Origin: an uncultured Desulfarculaceae bacterium
GTDB taxonomy: Bacteria; Desulfobacterota; Desulfocorpusculales; Desulfocorpusculum
Assembly (NCBI GenBank): GCA_964514105.1
Contig: CAZEPJ010000001.1
Coordinates: 34,448-98,447 of the forward strand
DNA: 64,000 bases
Reading direction: 5' to 3'
The notes under the pieces were generated by a model that did no database searches, was not told the origin of the DNA, and saw only the letters and a list, made by a program, of their open reading frames with translations. Position 1 is the stretch's first letter. Each line of letters opens with the position of its first letter. Both the position numbers and the translations under genes were made by a program. This document shows, one piece after another, positions 28,850 to 40,626 of the stretch.

Positions 28850-28858
28850 TACGGTTCC

Positions 28859-30821
<1,963 letters not shown>

Positions 30822-30831
30822 GGCCCTTTCC

Positions 30832-30862
30832 GAGGGAGAGGGGTTGCCCCTCTCCCTTTTTT
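30832..30862 (+). terminator. Rho-independent terminator of groESL
   Basis: GGAGAGGGG-ttg-CCCCTCTCC is a 9-11-bp stem followed by TTTTTT, 12 nt after the groEL stop. Confidence 0.7.
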
Positions 30863-30938
30863 GTCCAAGGACCCGCCCTTGAGATCGAAGGAGCCGGGAC
30901 AAGCGGCCGGGGCCCCGGAGACGATCCGGGTTTCAGGC

Positions 30939-32588
30939 ATGTCGGAATCCATCCTTCAGTCCTCGTATGCCCGCACCGGCAAAGAGCTGCTGGCGGAGAT
31001 CCTGGAAAATGGCAATGCGGGGGAACTGGTGCGGGGGCTTCCCCACGGGGATTTCTACTGGCTGATTCAGCGCATCGGACCCGACGACGCCCTGCCCGTC
31101 CTGGAGATGGCCTCCGCCGAACAATGGGAGTACCTCCTGGACCTGGAGCTTTGGCGAAAGGATCGCCTGGATCCGGTGCGGATCTCGTCATGGCTCAGGC
31201 GTCTGCTGGAGGCAAACCCCGACCAGTTGGCCGAGTGGATCCTGGCCGACGGAGAAGGATTGGCCCTGCATTATCTGCAGGGGTGTGTGGAGGTGGCGGT
31301 CCACGAGACGGAGGAGATGTACGGCCTTCCCGAGGGCTACTTCACCCTGGACAACGTCTTCTTCGTTCGAGTGACCAAGCCCAGGTACCGCAAACTCGTC
31401 GAGCGCCTGCTTCGCGCCGTCGCCTCCGCCGACTTGGCGCACTACCAGAACCTCCTCCTCGCTCTGGCGAGCGTCGTTCCCGCGCAATCCGAGGAGGAGC
31501 TGTACCGCCGCCGCACCGCTCGCCTGTCCGAGCACGGGTTCCTGCCATTCGAGGACGCGGTGTCCGTCTATGCCCCCCTGGACATCGAGGCGCTGCGGGG
31601 GGAGGGTCCCTCGACGGCCCTGGATCCTGCCCTGGAGCCTGAAGAGATCCAGGCCCTGGTCCCGGCCACGCCGTTGCGCCTGGCCGCGGCGGGCAGTCCC
31701 CTGGCAAGGGCTGGCTCCCAGATCACGGATCCAATGGTCATGGAGCGGCTGCGACTGGAATTCGCGGTCCTGTGCAATCAGCTCGTGGCCGCCGATGGGC
31801 TCCTGTCTCTCGACGTGGAGACGCTGCGGGGGGCCTGGGAGAAGGGCGCGGGGTACGTGGGCATGGCCCTGGAGGAACTGTGCGGCGAGGACGTCGGTGC
31901 CATGGTCCGTGTGCTGGCGCGCCGCCCCCTGAACCATCTGTTCCGGGCGGGGGTCGGCCTGGTGACGGCCGCCGCATGGGAGACCCAGCGGTGGTTCCGG
32001 CAGAGCTGGTTCCGGCGTATGGGGCTGGATGCGGGCTTTTGGGGGGAGGTGTGGGGCGGGACCCTCTCGGGGATGCTCAGGCGGCGGCCGAAGCGCTACA
32101 CGGGATCAGCGGGGGAGGGGGGATACGGGGAGTTCGAGCGGTTGTGCCAGCTTCACGAAGCCCGGGAGGTGTTGGGCAAGATCCGGGCCCTGGATGCCCT
32201 TCTGGAGCGCATGGCGGGGCTCTATCCGCCGGGACCGGATCCGTCCCGTCTCCAGGGGCGGACCTTTCACGTATGGCTCTTCCACCCGTGGGCACGAAGT
32301 GTTGTGGGGCTCGATCCGGGTTTCGCCCCCCTCTCGCCGGGTCAGGCCGGGCGCTTCCTCCGTCTTCTCAGGGTCGGGGAGGGAAGGGCCCCGTACCGAA
32401 TGCCGGGATGGGCGGAACGGTTCGTGGGGGCGTTCCTGGATGCCGCGCCGCACATCACCGGCGGCGAGAGGGAACGTCTCAGGAAGGCCCTGGAGGCGGC
32501 CTGGCGAGAGGTACAGGAGGAATACGAGTGGATCCCGGCGGGCGACCTGGACCCCCGCTACATGCGCTTCCTGCTCCTGGAGGCGTAG
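30939..32588 (+). CDS. Hypothetical protein (about 550 aa)
   Basis: Long GC3-rich ORF with no recognised catalytic motif. The table start at 30861 lies inside the groESL terminator T-run, so the next in-frame ATG at 30939 (MSESILQSSY...) is preferred. Confidence 0.45.
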   Translation: MSESILQSSYARTGKELLAEILENGNAGELVRGLPHGDFYWLIQRIGPDDALPVLEMASAEQWEYLLDLELWRKDRLDPVRISSWLRRLLEANPDQLAEWILADGEGLALHYLQGCVEVAVHETEEMYGLPEGYFTLDNVFFVRVTKPRYRKLVERLLRAVASADLAHYQNLLLALASVVPAQSEEELYRRRTARLSEHGFLPFEDAVSVYAPLDIEALRGEGPSTALDPALEPEEIQALVPATPLRLAAAGSPLARAGSQITDPMVMERLRLEFAVLCNQLVAADGLLSLDVETLRGAWEKGAGYVGMALEELCGEDVGAMVRVLARRPLNHLFRAGVGLVTAAAWETQRWFRQSWFRRMGLDAGFWGEVWGGTLSGMLRRRPKRYTGSAGEGGYGEFERLCQLHEAREVLGKIRALDALLERMAGLYPPGPDPSRLQGRTFHVWLFHPWARSVVGLDPGFAPLSPGQAGRFLRLLRVGEGRAPYRMPGWAERFVGAFLDAAPHITGGERERLRKALEAAWREVQEEYEWIPAGDLDPRYMRFLLLEA

Positions 32589-32951
32589 GACGGCGAAGCC
32601 CTCACACTGGGCCATCCACCGGTCGCCATCGGGTTCGGGCCGTGGGGATGCGAGCCGTCCCAGAGTCCCGTTCTCGAGCTCCCGGAGGATCTCGTTGCCG
32701 GGCTGCTTGCGCACGGCCTCCTTTGCGACCGTCTCCTGCCGGCCTCCCTGTGGAAAGGGACCAGTTGAACGACCCCTTGGGCAGGGACCGTGAAGCGCTC
32801 TTCCCACCGCGCCTTCAGGAAGGCCTCGACCCGAGCATGGCCGCTACCCCAATGTCGTTCTGGTAGGGCCCTGCAACAGCCACCTGCCTTTGGATGACCC
32901 CCCCCAATGCCTGGGCGGGGGCCCATCCCCTCTTACGCTGCCGGCCTGGGC

Positions 32952-33914
32952 TCATGTGCGGCGGGCGGCCTCCACGGCCCTGGGGTCCGAGGCTGGCCCT
33001 GTCCCTTCCTTCTGCAATCGCTCCAGCATGGGGCCCATGATCTTGCGGATGCGGCTCTGCATGGTCCTGTATCGGAAGCGTTCGGCCTCGGACAGAGGCT
33101 GCTTGGGCGGGCCCATGGGGAAGCCGCGCACCTCCAAGGCGATCTTGAAGCCCAGGGGGAAGGGCAGGGCGGTGCAGGCCCGGATGAGCAGCAGAATGGA
33201 TAACTGGAGTTCCCGGGCCCGATGGTGGTCCCCGGCCTTCCAAGCCCGATAGATCCCTGTCATGACCTCGGGAAGGATCCCGGCCATGGCCACCATGCAC
33301 CCGCTGGCCCCCATCATGAGGGCCGGAAAGAAGATGTCCTCGCGGCCCGACATGAACGCCATCTCCTCCCCAGCCAGGCGCACCTTATCCATGAAATGGA
33401 CCAGGTCCACCATGCTCCCGCTGCTCTCCTTGAGGCCCACCACATTGGGCCGTCTGGAGAGTCGTTTGACCACGTCGTAATGGAGGGGTTGTGTGAACAG
33501 CGGGATGTTGTACAGGATGATGGGGATGTCCGTCGCATCGGCGATGGTCTCGTAGTACTTCTCCACCATCTCGTCGGAGATGCGGTAGAAATACGGGGGG
33601 GCCACCACCACGGCCGCGCACCCCAGGGCCCTGGCCTTGCGGGCCAGAAAGATGGAATGGGCCGGGTGGGACGTCCCGATGCCGGGGGTGACCGGGACCC
33701 GCCCCCGGGCCTGATCCGCCACGATCTCCATGACCCGGACCCGTTCCTCCTGGGTCATGTGGACAATCTCGCCCACGGAACTCACCGGAAACAGGCCGTC
33801 CACCCCTCCCTCGATCTGGAATTCCACCATGCGCCGCAGGACATCCTCGTCCGGGGCGCCGTCCTCCCGGAAGGGCGTCAGCATGGCCACGTACACGCCT
33901 TGGGGTCGAAACAT
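32952..33914 (-). CDS. DapA-family class I aldolase (dihydrodipicolinate synthase/N-acetylneuraminate lyase family), likely 2-keto-3-deoxy sugar-acid aldolase or dehydratase
   Basis: The TIM-barrel family pattern GGVDGLFPVSSVGE with the Schiff-base Lys region NVVGLKESSG. 320 aa. Confidence 0.75.
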   Translation of the reverse strand: MFRPQGVYVAMLTPFREDGAPDEDVLRRMVEFQIEGGVDGLFPVSSVGEIVHMTQEERVRVMEIVADQARGRVPVTPGIGTSHPAHSIFLARKARALGCAAVVVAPPYFYRISDEMVEKYYETIADATDIPIILYNIPLFTQPLHYDVVKRLSRRPNVVGLKESSGSMVDLVHFMDKVRLAGEEMAFMSGREDIFFPALMMGASGCMVAMAGILPEVMTGIYRAWKAGDHHRARELQLSILLLIRACTALPFPLGFKIALEVRGFPMGPPKQPLSEAERFRYRTMQSRIRKIMGPMLERLQKEGTGPASDPRAVEAARRT

Positions 33915-33917
33915 GGG

Positions 33918-35747
33918 CTACCTCCGATCAAGATTCAGTTCCCGGAGCTTCCGGTCCGTGGGAACCCCCCGGGCATCCCATCCGCGGACCGTGTAGTACT
34001 CCCTCAGGAGGGGGGCCAGGTCCACCACCCTGCCTCGACAGGGGCCTTCGGCCAGGGGCTGGGTGAGGAATCTCCGGGGCAAGGTGTCCTGGTCCGCGGT
34101 GAGCCCTTCCCGCAGGTTGAAAAGCCGGACCAGGTTGTTCACGCGCTCGCCGGCCACCATGATGGCCTCGGCGGACGAAAGGCCGTCCCTCCCCGTGGCC
34201 GCCCCGAGGAACTGGGTGATCTGTCGCATGCCCAGGGCGGGCATGGCGAACAGGCACATGCCGGCGGCGTTCAAGACCGTGAAGAGATCCTGCTGGGTCT
34301 TGACGAACTCGGCCTTGAACTCCTTGGAAAACGGGTCCATGCGGTTCTCCGAGGAGAGCAACTCCGCGCCGATGGGCCATGCTCGAAGGTGGCAGCCCCC
34401 TCGGTCGCTGGTGGCGTAGGCCAGGGCCATGCCCGTGGAGCCGCGGGGATCGTACGCCGGGAGCTCCAGGCCCTTGACATGCATGGCCAACTCCTCGGAG
34501 CCCCGGATGCGCCGGGAAAGCCGCCTCGTCCCTTCTCCCCACAAGGCCCCCGGGCCTTCCCCGCGCCCCATGAGGTGGATGGCCTGGATCATGGCCTCAT
34601 GGTCGCCGAAACCCATGGAGAAGCCCACCTCCTCCGGGGCCAGGAGGCCCCGCTGGAGGCACTCCATGAGAAAGCCGATGGTGTTCCCCACGGAGATGCC
34701 GTCCAAGCCGTACAGGTCGCAGAGATACTCCGCCTGGATGATGGCACCGATGTCCGTGTTCTCGCACTGGGCCCCGAAGGACCAAACGTCCTCGTATTCG
34801 GGCCCCTCCACTACGGTCCCCTGGTACTTACCCCGGGGAACCCGGGCGATCTTGCTGCAGTGGATCGGGCATCCGAAACAGGCCCGATGGCGCACATAGT
34901 AATCACGGATGGACTCCTCGTTGACCATGGAGGCACCCGCGAAAACGCCCTTCTGGAAGTTCCGGACCGGATGGATGCCGGACTCGTTCATGCAGGAAAG
35001 GATCACGTTGGTCCCGTAGTCCTGGCGTCCCCCCCCGGCCTCGGGGTCGATGGCCAGCTCGTTCATGGCCTCCCGCCAAGCCCGCATGAACCCATGCGGA
35101 TCGGCCAGGGACACGGCTCCCGTGCCCCGCGCGGCCACGGCCTTGAGGTTCTTGGACCCCATGACGGCCCCGGCCCCACCCCTTCCGAAGGCCCTGTACT
35201 CGGAGATGATGTTGGCCAGGAGGACCCGTTTCTCCCCGGCCTCTCCGATGGCCGCCACCCGAAACTCCTCCCCCAGGCGCTCCTTGATGGAGCTGTGGAC
35301 CGTGAACGTGTCCCTGCCCCAGAGGGAATCCGCCGGCTCCAGCCGACCCGCGCCGTCCTCGATGACGAGCAGCGCGGGGGCTGGGGCCCGGCCGTGAACG
35401 ACCAGGGCGTCCCATCCGGCCATCTTCAACTCCGGCCCCAGAAAGCCGCCGCAGTTGGCGTCCAGCCATAACCCGGTGAGTGGGCTCTTGGTGCACACCA
35501 CGCAGCGACCGCTGGCGGGCGCCAGGGTGCCCGTCAGCGGACCCGTGGCCAGGACCAGGACGTTGTCCTCCGAAAGGGGATCGCACCCTGGGGCAAGCCG
35601 CTCCGTGAGGAGCTGGGCCCCCAGACCCTTGCCGCCGATGAACGCATCGGCCCACACCGGGTCCAGGGGGATGGTCGAGAGGGTCCCGGCCGTGAGGTCC
35701 ACGTCGAGAATCCGGCCCGCATAACCGTGCCAGGGGGGAATGGACAT
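33918..35747 (-). CDS. aor: Aldehyde:ferredoxin oxidoreductase (tungsten/molybdopterin AOR family)
   Basis: The start was reset to MSIPPWHGYAGRIL, preceded by AGGAGG. Strong matches to Pyrococcus AOR: GPLTGTLAPASGRCVVCTKSPLTG, GRGGAGAVMGSKNLKAVA, EGPEYEDVWSFGAQC, ELPAYDPRGSTGMALAYATSDRGGCH. Confidence 0.9.
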   Translation of the reverse strand: MSIPPWHGYAGRILDVDLTAGTLSTIPLDPVWADAFIGGKGLGAQLLTERLAPGCDPLSEDNVLVLATGPLTGTLAPASGRCVVCTKSPLTGLWLDANCGGFLGPELKMAGWDALVVHGRAPAPALLVIEDGAGRLEPADSLWGRDTFTVHSSIKERLGEEFRVAAIGEAGEKRVLLANIISEYRAFGRGGAGAVMGSKNLKAVAARGTGAVSLADPHGFMRAWREAMNELAIDPEAGGGRQDYGTNVILSCMNESGIHPVRNFQKGVFAGASMVNEESIRDYYVRHRACFGCPIHCSKIARVPRGKYQGTVVEGPEYEDVWSFGAQCENTDIGAIIQAEYLCDLYGLDGISVGNTIGFLMECLQRGLLAPEEVGFSMGFGDHEAMIQAIHLMGRGEGPGALWGEGTRRLSRRIRGSEELAMHVKGLELPAYDPRGSTGMALAYATSDRGGCHLRAWPIGAELLSSENRMDPFSKEFKAEFVKTQQDLFTVLNAAGMCLFAMPALGMRQITQFLGAATGRDGLSSAEAIMVAGERVNNLVRLFNLREGLTADQDTLPRRFLTQPLAEGPCRGRVVDLAPLLREYYTVRGWDARGVPTDRKLRELNLDRR

Positions 35748-35763
35748 GGGGGGGCGTTCCTCC

Positions 35764-36153
35764 TTACGGTCCCAGTTTCTCAATGGCGCGTGTGGGACAC
35801 CATTTGGCGCACAGAAACGCGCCGCCGCAAGTGTCGCACACAAGGGGGAGGGGGGCTGAGGGATCCAGCGCGATCCCCTGGACCGGGCACGCCTCGGCGC
35901 AGCTCCCGCATCCGTTGCACAGGTCTTCCCGCAGGTGCACCCAGCCGTCCCAGCTCAGGGCACCCGTGGGGCAGGCCCCCATGCACTCGCGCTCGGGGCA
36001 GGCCAGGCACACCCGCAGGGACGGCTCCTCGGGCCAGCGGGCCGCGACTTGAAGGCGGGAGCGCTTGGGGTTGTTCTGGGCGAAATGCGCCCACGCACAG
36101 ACCTGCATGCAGATCTGGCATTCCGTGCAGCGCGAAGGGGTGAGTTGGAACAT
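35764..36153 (-). CDS. Four-[4Fe-4S]-cluster ferredoxin (AorA-like electron-transfer subunit)
   Basis: Start at MFQLTPSRC preceded by GGAGG. Four Cys motifs (CxxCxxCxxxC, CxxCx4CxxxCP, CxxCxxCxxxCP, CxxCx5CxxxCP). It lies 16 nt upstream of aor. Confidence 0.7.
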   Translation of the reverse strand: MFQLTPSRCTECQICMQVCAWAHFAQNNPKRSRLQVAARWPEEPSLRVCLACPERECMGACPTGALSWDGWVHLREDLCNGCGSCAEACPVQGIALDPSAPLPLVCDTCGGAFLCAKWCPTRAIEKLGP

Positions 36154-36222
36154 GGAAGAGCGCCTCCAACGCAAGCCCGGGGTCGAGCCCCTGCACCCCC
36201 GGGGGCCTGAACGTCCGTTTCT

Positions 36223-36235
36223 TCATTTGAAATGA
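36223..36235. promoter_or_regulatory. Candidate operator palindrome upstream of the ferredoxin-aor operon
   Basis: TCATTTGAAATGA has perfect 6-bp arms around 1 nt. It sits in a local AT-rich patch about 80 nt upstream of the ferredoxin ATG. Confidence 0.3.
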
Positions 36236-36301
36236 CACTATCGCATTGTTCGGCCGCGGGCTCAAGGGCAAAGGCGGCCAAGGCGGGCGGGTCCACCCCC
36301 G

Positions 36302-37804
36302 TCATCCGTGCGCAAGGCGGCGGCTTCGCCAGAGGAAGACGATGGGGCTTAGCCAGAGGAACAGGGTCACTACCCCCAGACAGGCGCTCACCGGCCTGGA
36401 GAAGAACGCCGTCAGATCCCCCTGGCTCTTGATCATGGAGATCATGAAGGAGTCCTCGACCATCCTCCCCAGGACCAAGCCCAGGACCGCGGGGGCCACG
36501 GGGATGTCGTTGGCCTCCATGAGGAACGCCAGGACGCCGGTGGCCAGCATGATCCCCACGTCGAATGTGGAGTTGTTGATGGCGTACGATCCCACGATGC
36601 AGAACATGAGGATGATGGGCATGAGCACGTTTCGGGGGAGCCGCAGCATCTGGCAGCAGGCCTTGATGGCCAGGTAGCCCAGGGGGATCAGGAGAAGGTT
36701 GGAGAGGATAAAGGCGATGTACACCGCGTAGAGGATCTCCGGAGTTCGCTCGAAGATCATGGGCCCCGGGCGGACGCCCTTCATGAAGAGCACGCCGATG
36801 ACGATGGCCGTGATGGAATCCCCGGGGATGCCGAACACCAGGGCGGGGACCCATGCGCCACCCAGGGCCGCGTTGTTGGCGGTGCCGGCATCCACGATTC
36901 CCTCGATGTGGCCGGTTCCGAACTTTTCGGGCTCCTTGGAGAAGCGTTTGGCCAGGCCATAGGTGATCCAGGCCGCGATGTCGGCCCCGGCCCCCGGGAG
37001 GATGCCGATGAAGGTGCCGATGGCCCCCGATCGGACCACGTTGACCTTGTATTTCCGGAGGGTGCGCCACATCCCCGAGTAGATGTGGAAGGTCTTGACC
37101 TCGCAGACCATGGCGCCCAGGCCCGCTGCGGAGACGTTGCGCATGACCTCGGAGAGGCCGAACATCCCGATCATGGCCGGAATGAAGTCGATGCCGTTGA
37201 GCAGCTGGACGCTGCCCAGGGTGAACCGGGGGTAGCCGAACGTCTCGGACAGGCCCACCGTGGCCATGAACAGCCCGATCAGGAGAGAGACCAGGCCATT
37301 GAGCAACGAGCGCTGGGTCACCAGGACCGCGCAGCTCAATCCGATGCACCCCAGCCAGAAGTACTCGAAGCTGGTGAACTTCATGGCCACCTCGGCCAGC
37401 ATGGGGGCCAGGACGATGAGGACTGCGGCCCCCATGAGGCCGCCGATGACCGAGAAGAAGACGTCCACGCCCAGGACGTAGCTGGCCTGCCCCTTCTGGG
37501 TCATGGCGTACGAGTCTTCCACGTAGGCGGCAGACGAAGGGGTACCAGGGATGCGGACCAGCGCCGCCGGGATGTCTCCGGCGAAGATGGCCATGGCCTC
37601 CATGGTCACAATGGCTGCCAGGGCCGGCACCGGGTCCATGAAGAAGGTGACGGGCACGAGCAGGGCGGTGGCCATGGTGGCCGTGAGACCCGGGATGGAG
37701 CCCACGAAAAGCCCGTACACCGCGGACAGGAGGATGACCAGGAGCACATACGGCTGGGCCATCAGGGCCACTGCAGTGCAGACGTTCTCCAGCATGGTCA
37801 CCAA
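36302..37804 (-). CDS. tctA: Tripartite tricarboxylate transporter large permease TctA
   Basis: 500 aa with a multi-TM TctA-family sequence pattern. Confidence 0.85.
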   Translation of the reverse strand: MVTMLENVCTAVALMAQPYVLLVILLSAVYGLFVGSIPGLTATMATALLVPVTFFMDPVPALAAIVTMEAMAIFAGDIPAALVRIPGTPSSAAYVEDSYAMTQKGQASYVLGVDVFFSVIGGLMGAAVLIVLAPMLAEVAMKFTSFEYFWLGCIGLSCAVLVTQRSLLNGLVSLLIGLFMATVGLSETFGYPRFTLGSVQLLNGIDFIPAMIGMFGLSEVMRNVSAAGLGAMVCEVKTFHIYSGMWRTLRKYKVNVVRSGAIGTFIGILPGAGADIAAWITYGLAKRFSKEPEKFGTGHIEGIVDAGTANNAALGGAWVPALVFGIPGDSITAIVIGVLFMKGVRPGPMIFERTPEILYAVYIAFILSNLLLIPLGYLAIKACCQMLRLPRNVLMPIILMFCIVGSYAINNSTFDVGIMLATGVLAFLMEANDIPVAPAVLGLVLGRMVEDSFMISMIKSQGDLTAFFSRPVSACLGVVTLFLWLSPIVFLWRSRRLAHG

Positions 37805-38256
37805 CCCCAGAGGCCCCAGGGCAGGGGGACCCGGAGCATCTTGCCGAAGAGCAGGTAGATGCCTGCGGTGACGAAAAACGCCATGAGGAGGCTCCAGAGG
37901 GTGCCCACCCGAAGCCCCTTCATCATGACCGCGAGGAGGAGAGAGGAGGTGATCAGAAAGCCCAGGGGCTCGGCGAGCACGATGTACGCGACCGGGGCCA
38001 GGAGGACCAGGGGGATGTTGGCGCGCCCCAGCCCTCCCACGGCCCCGCCGTCCACCTTGAAGAAACGCTCACCCCGCCGCACCCCCCGGATTACCAGGCC
38101 GACGCCGGCCAGGATCATGAGCACGGCCAGCACGCTGGGATACGCCGCAGGGCCCGGATGTCCCGGCTCCAGGGCCGGGAACTTGCGCATGTGAAGGAGC
38201 GCCCCCGCGCTGACCAGGATGAGGAAGGTTCCGATGGCCGAGTCACTGAACCGCAT
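37798..38256 (-). CDS. tctB: Tripartite tricarboxylate transporter small membrane protein TctB
   Basis: 152-aa 4-TM protein between tctC and tctA that overlaps the tctA start. Confidence 0.7.
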   Translation of the reverse strand: MRFSDSAIGTFLILVSAGALLHMRKFPALEPGHPGPAAYPSVLAVLMILAGVGLVIRGVRRGERFFKVDGGAVGGLGRANIPLVLLAPVAYIVLAEPLGFLITSSLLLAVMMKGLRVGTLWSLLMAFFVTAGIYLLFGKMLRVPLPWGLWGW

Positions 38257-38273
38257 CTGACCTCAAGGCCTGC

Positions 38274-38320
38274 GGCGTCCCTTCCCCCCCGCCCGCCGGC
38301 GGAGTCGGCGAAGGGACGCC
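38274..38320 (-). other. Intercistronic GC-rich stem-loop between tctC and tctB
   Basis: GGCGTCCCTTC ... GAAGGGACGCC is a perfect 11-bp inverted repeat with a 25-nt loop. It sits between the tctC stop (38332) and the tctB start (38256). Confidence 0.4.
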
Positions 38321-38331
38321 GCCATGGAGGC

Positions 38332-39303
38332 TCACTTGGCGATGCCGGCCGCCTTCATGACCTCCCCGTTCTCCTTGTCGGCGGCGGCCAGGGCCTGGGC
38401 AAAGGCCTTGGCGTCCAGGTAGTAGATGCCGAAGCCACGGCTTTCCATGAACTCCACGAATTCCTTGCTCTTGACGACCTTGTCCATGGCCTTTTCGAGA
38501 ACGGCCACCACGGCCGGCGGCGTCCCCTTGGGGGCCGCCACCCCGCGCCATGCCCCGCAGGTCCAGTTGATGCCCAGCTCCTTGAGGGTGGGCACGTCGG
38601 GGAACTTGGGGTCCCGCTTGTCCGCCATGATGGCCAGGGGCCTCACCTTCTTGGCCTCGATGAGGGTGGCCGCCTCGGGGAGGGAACAGGTGCTCATGTC
38701 AATGCCGCCGGCGACCATGTCCTGCAGGGCCGGGGCCGCACCCTTGCTGGGGATCCACTGAATGGCCGTGGCAGGGAGGCCCACCGCCTTGAGCCAGCCG
38801 CCCATGGCCAGATGCCAGATCCCGCCCAGCCCCGTGCCCGAGTTCTTGAGCTTGCCCGGGTTCTCCCGGACGTATTTCTCCAGATCCTTATAGGTCTTCC
38901 ACGGGGAATCCGCCAGCACGTTGATGCCCGCGGGGTCGAAGTTCACCATGCAGATGGGGGTGATGTCCTTGTACGTCAGTTCGGTGAGGCCCATCCAGTG
39001 CATCATGGTCAACTCCACCGTGGGCATGCCGATGGTGTACCCGTCTGGCTTCTCCGTGGCGATGGCCGTGTGCCCCACGGCGCCGCTGCCGCCGGTCTTG
39101 TTCACCACGTTGACCGGCTGCTTGAGCTCCTTCTCCAGCAAGGTGGCGATAATGCGAGAGACCGCATCGGTGCCCCCTCCGGCCCCCCAGGGACAGACAA
39201 AGGAGATGGGACGAGTGGGATAGTCCGCGGCCATGGCGGGGGCCGCCCCCGCACAGACGGACAGGACGACTGCCAGCATCCGTGCAACCTTCATTCTTCT
39301 CAT
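38332..39303 (-). CDS. tctC: Tripartite tricarboxylate transporter substrate-binding protein TctC (Bug family)
   Basis: GGGAGG RBS and a signal peptide ending AAPAMAADYP. The Bug-family motif PWGAGGGTDAVSR is present. Confidence 0.85.
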   Translation of the reverse strand: MRRMKVARMLAVVLSVCAGAAPAMAADYPTRPISFVCPWGAGGGTDAVSRIIATLLEKELKQPVNVVNKTGGSGAVGHTAIATEKPDGYTIGMPTVELTMMHWMGLTELTYKDITPICMVNFDPAGINVLADSPWKTYKDLEKYVRENPGKLKNSGTGLGGIWHLAMGGWLKAVGLPATAIQWIPSKGAAPALQDMVAGGIDMSTCSLPEAATLIEAKKVRPLAIMADKRDPKFPDVPTLKELGINWTCGAWRGVAAPKGTPPAVVAVLEKAMDKVVKSKEFVEFMESRGFGIYYLDAKAFAQALAAADKENGEVMKAAGIAK

Positions 39304-39519
39304 GGCTCATCCTCCCTTTTCCATATTGTGGTGTGGACCTGCCATCATCCAGCCCGCGTGGTGCCCTTGCCCGAAGGCCCAAGGGCCCCGCGCCACGCTT
39401 TCGTCGGGCCGCGAATCCATTGACGAAAGGGTTGTAGCAGAAAAAACGCCCCGTGTCGACCCCCAAGGTCCCGGTGTGGAGAAGGAGGCCGTCCCCTCCG
39501 GCTGGTCCGGCCGGGGGAG

Positions 39520-39548
39520 TTGACGCGCCCCGGCCCGAACGGTATATG
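39520..39548 (+). promoter_or_regulatory. Candidate sigma70-type promoter of kdgK-eda
   Basis: TTGACG, 17 nt, then TATATG. The near-palindrome CGCGC-ATG-GCGCG lies in the leader before the ATG at 39623. Confidence 0.4.
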
Positions 39549-39622
39549 ACAATGGGTTCCACCCCGACACAGGTGGATGCTCGCGCATGGCGCGGTCGTG
39601 AGGGCGCGGAAGGGGGGACGAG

Positions 39623-40615
39623 ATGACGCCGTACGACGTGGTGACCTTCGGGGAGGCCATGGTCCGGCTGTCGCCGCCGGGGTTCCAGCGGGTCGAGCAG
39701 GCCCGCAGCCTGGATGTGGAGGTAGGGGGGGCGGAGCTCAACGTGGCCGTGGGGATGGTGAGGCTGGGGCTGCGGGGCGCATGGATCTCCAAGCTCCCGG
39801 AGAATCCCCTGGGGCGATTGATCGGCGGGCGGGCCCGGGCCACGGGCGTGGACTGCTCCCACATCATCTGGACCCCCCGGGGGCGTGCCGGGCTCTACTT
39901 CTTCGAGTTCGGGGCATCGCCCCGGCCGTCCAGCGTGCTTTACGACCGCGCCGGTTCGGCCATGAGCACCATCGGGCCCGGGGAGATCCCCTGGGTCGAG
40001 ATCCTCCGAGGGGCGCGCCATTTCCACGTCACCGGGATCACCCCGGCCCTGAGCCCATCGGCGGCCCAAGCCACCCTGGAGGCCCTCAATGCCGCCAGGG
40101 CCGCCGGCTGCACGGTTTCGTACGACATCAACTACCGGCAGAAGCTCTGGGAGCCCGGGGAGGCCCGGCGGGTCCAGGAGCCGCTGCTGGCCCACGTGGA
40201 CATCCTGTTCACCAACGAGCACGACCCGCGCGTGGTCCTGGAGGCGGCGGCGGGCGATCCCGGGGAACTGGCCGGGGAGCTGGCTCGGCGGTACGGCTTG
40301 CGCATCGTGGCCGTAACCGTCAAGACCGGGCGCACCCTGTGGAGGGACCAATGGACGGCCGTGGCGTACGGGGACGGGGCCGTCTTTCGCGATGGAACGT
40401 ACGACGTGGAGATCGTGGATCGCCTCGGCGCCGGGGATGCTTTCGCAGCCGGGTTTCTGGCCGTTTGGCTGAGAACAAGGGATGTGGCCCGGGCTCTTCG
40501 CTGGGGCAACGCCCTGGCCGCCCTCAAACACACCTTCCCGGGGGACTTCGCCTGGGCGAGCCCCACGGACGTGGAGGACGTCCTTTCGGGGGCAGGACCC
40601 CGGCTCTCCAGATAG
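39623..40615 (+). CDS. kdgK: 2-dehydro-3-deoxygluconokinase (PfkB family)
   Basis: 330 aa with the PfkB sugar-kinase pattern: N-terminal VVTFGEAMVRL and the C-terminal ATP-binding region GAGDAFAAGF. Confidence 0.75.
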   Translation: MTPYDVVTFGEAMVRLSPPGFQRVEQARSLDVEVGGAELNVAVGMVRLGLRGAWISKLPENPLGRLIGGRARATGVDCSHIIWTPRGRAGLYFFEFGASPRPSSVLYDRAGSAMSTIGPGEIPWVEILRGARHFHVTGITPALSPSAAQATLEALNAARAAGCTVSYDINYRQKLWEPGEARRVQEPLLAHVDILFTNEHDPRVVLEAAAGDPGELAGELARRYGLRIVAVTVKTGRTLWRDQWTAVAYGDGAVFRDGTYDVEIVDRLGAGDAFAAGFLAVWLRTRDVARALRWGNALAALKHTFPGDFAWASPTDVEDVLSGAGPRLSR

Positions 40616-40626
40616 GGGTGGCGACC

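Noticed and set aside
39577-40626. N-terminal 350 aa of table ORF 39577..41277 (fused to Eda)
   Set aside because: It overlaps kdgK in another frame. Eda homology begins only at the internal Met 40627.
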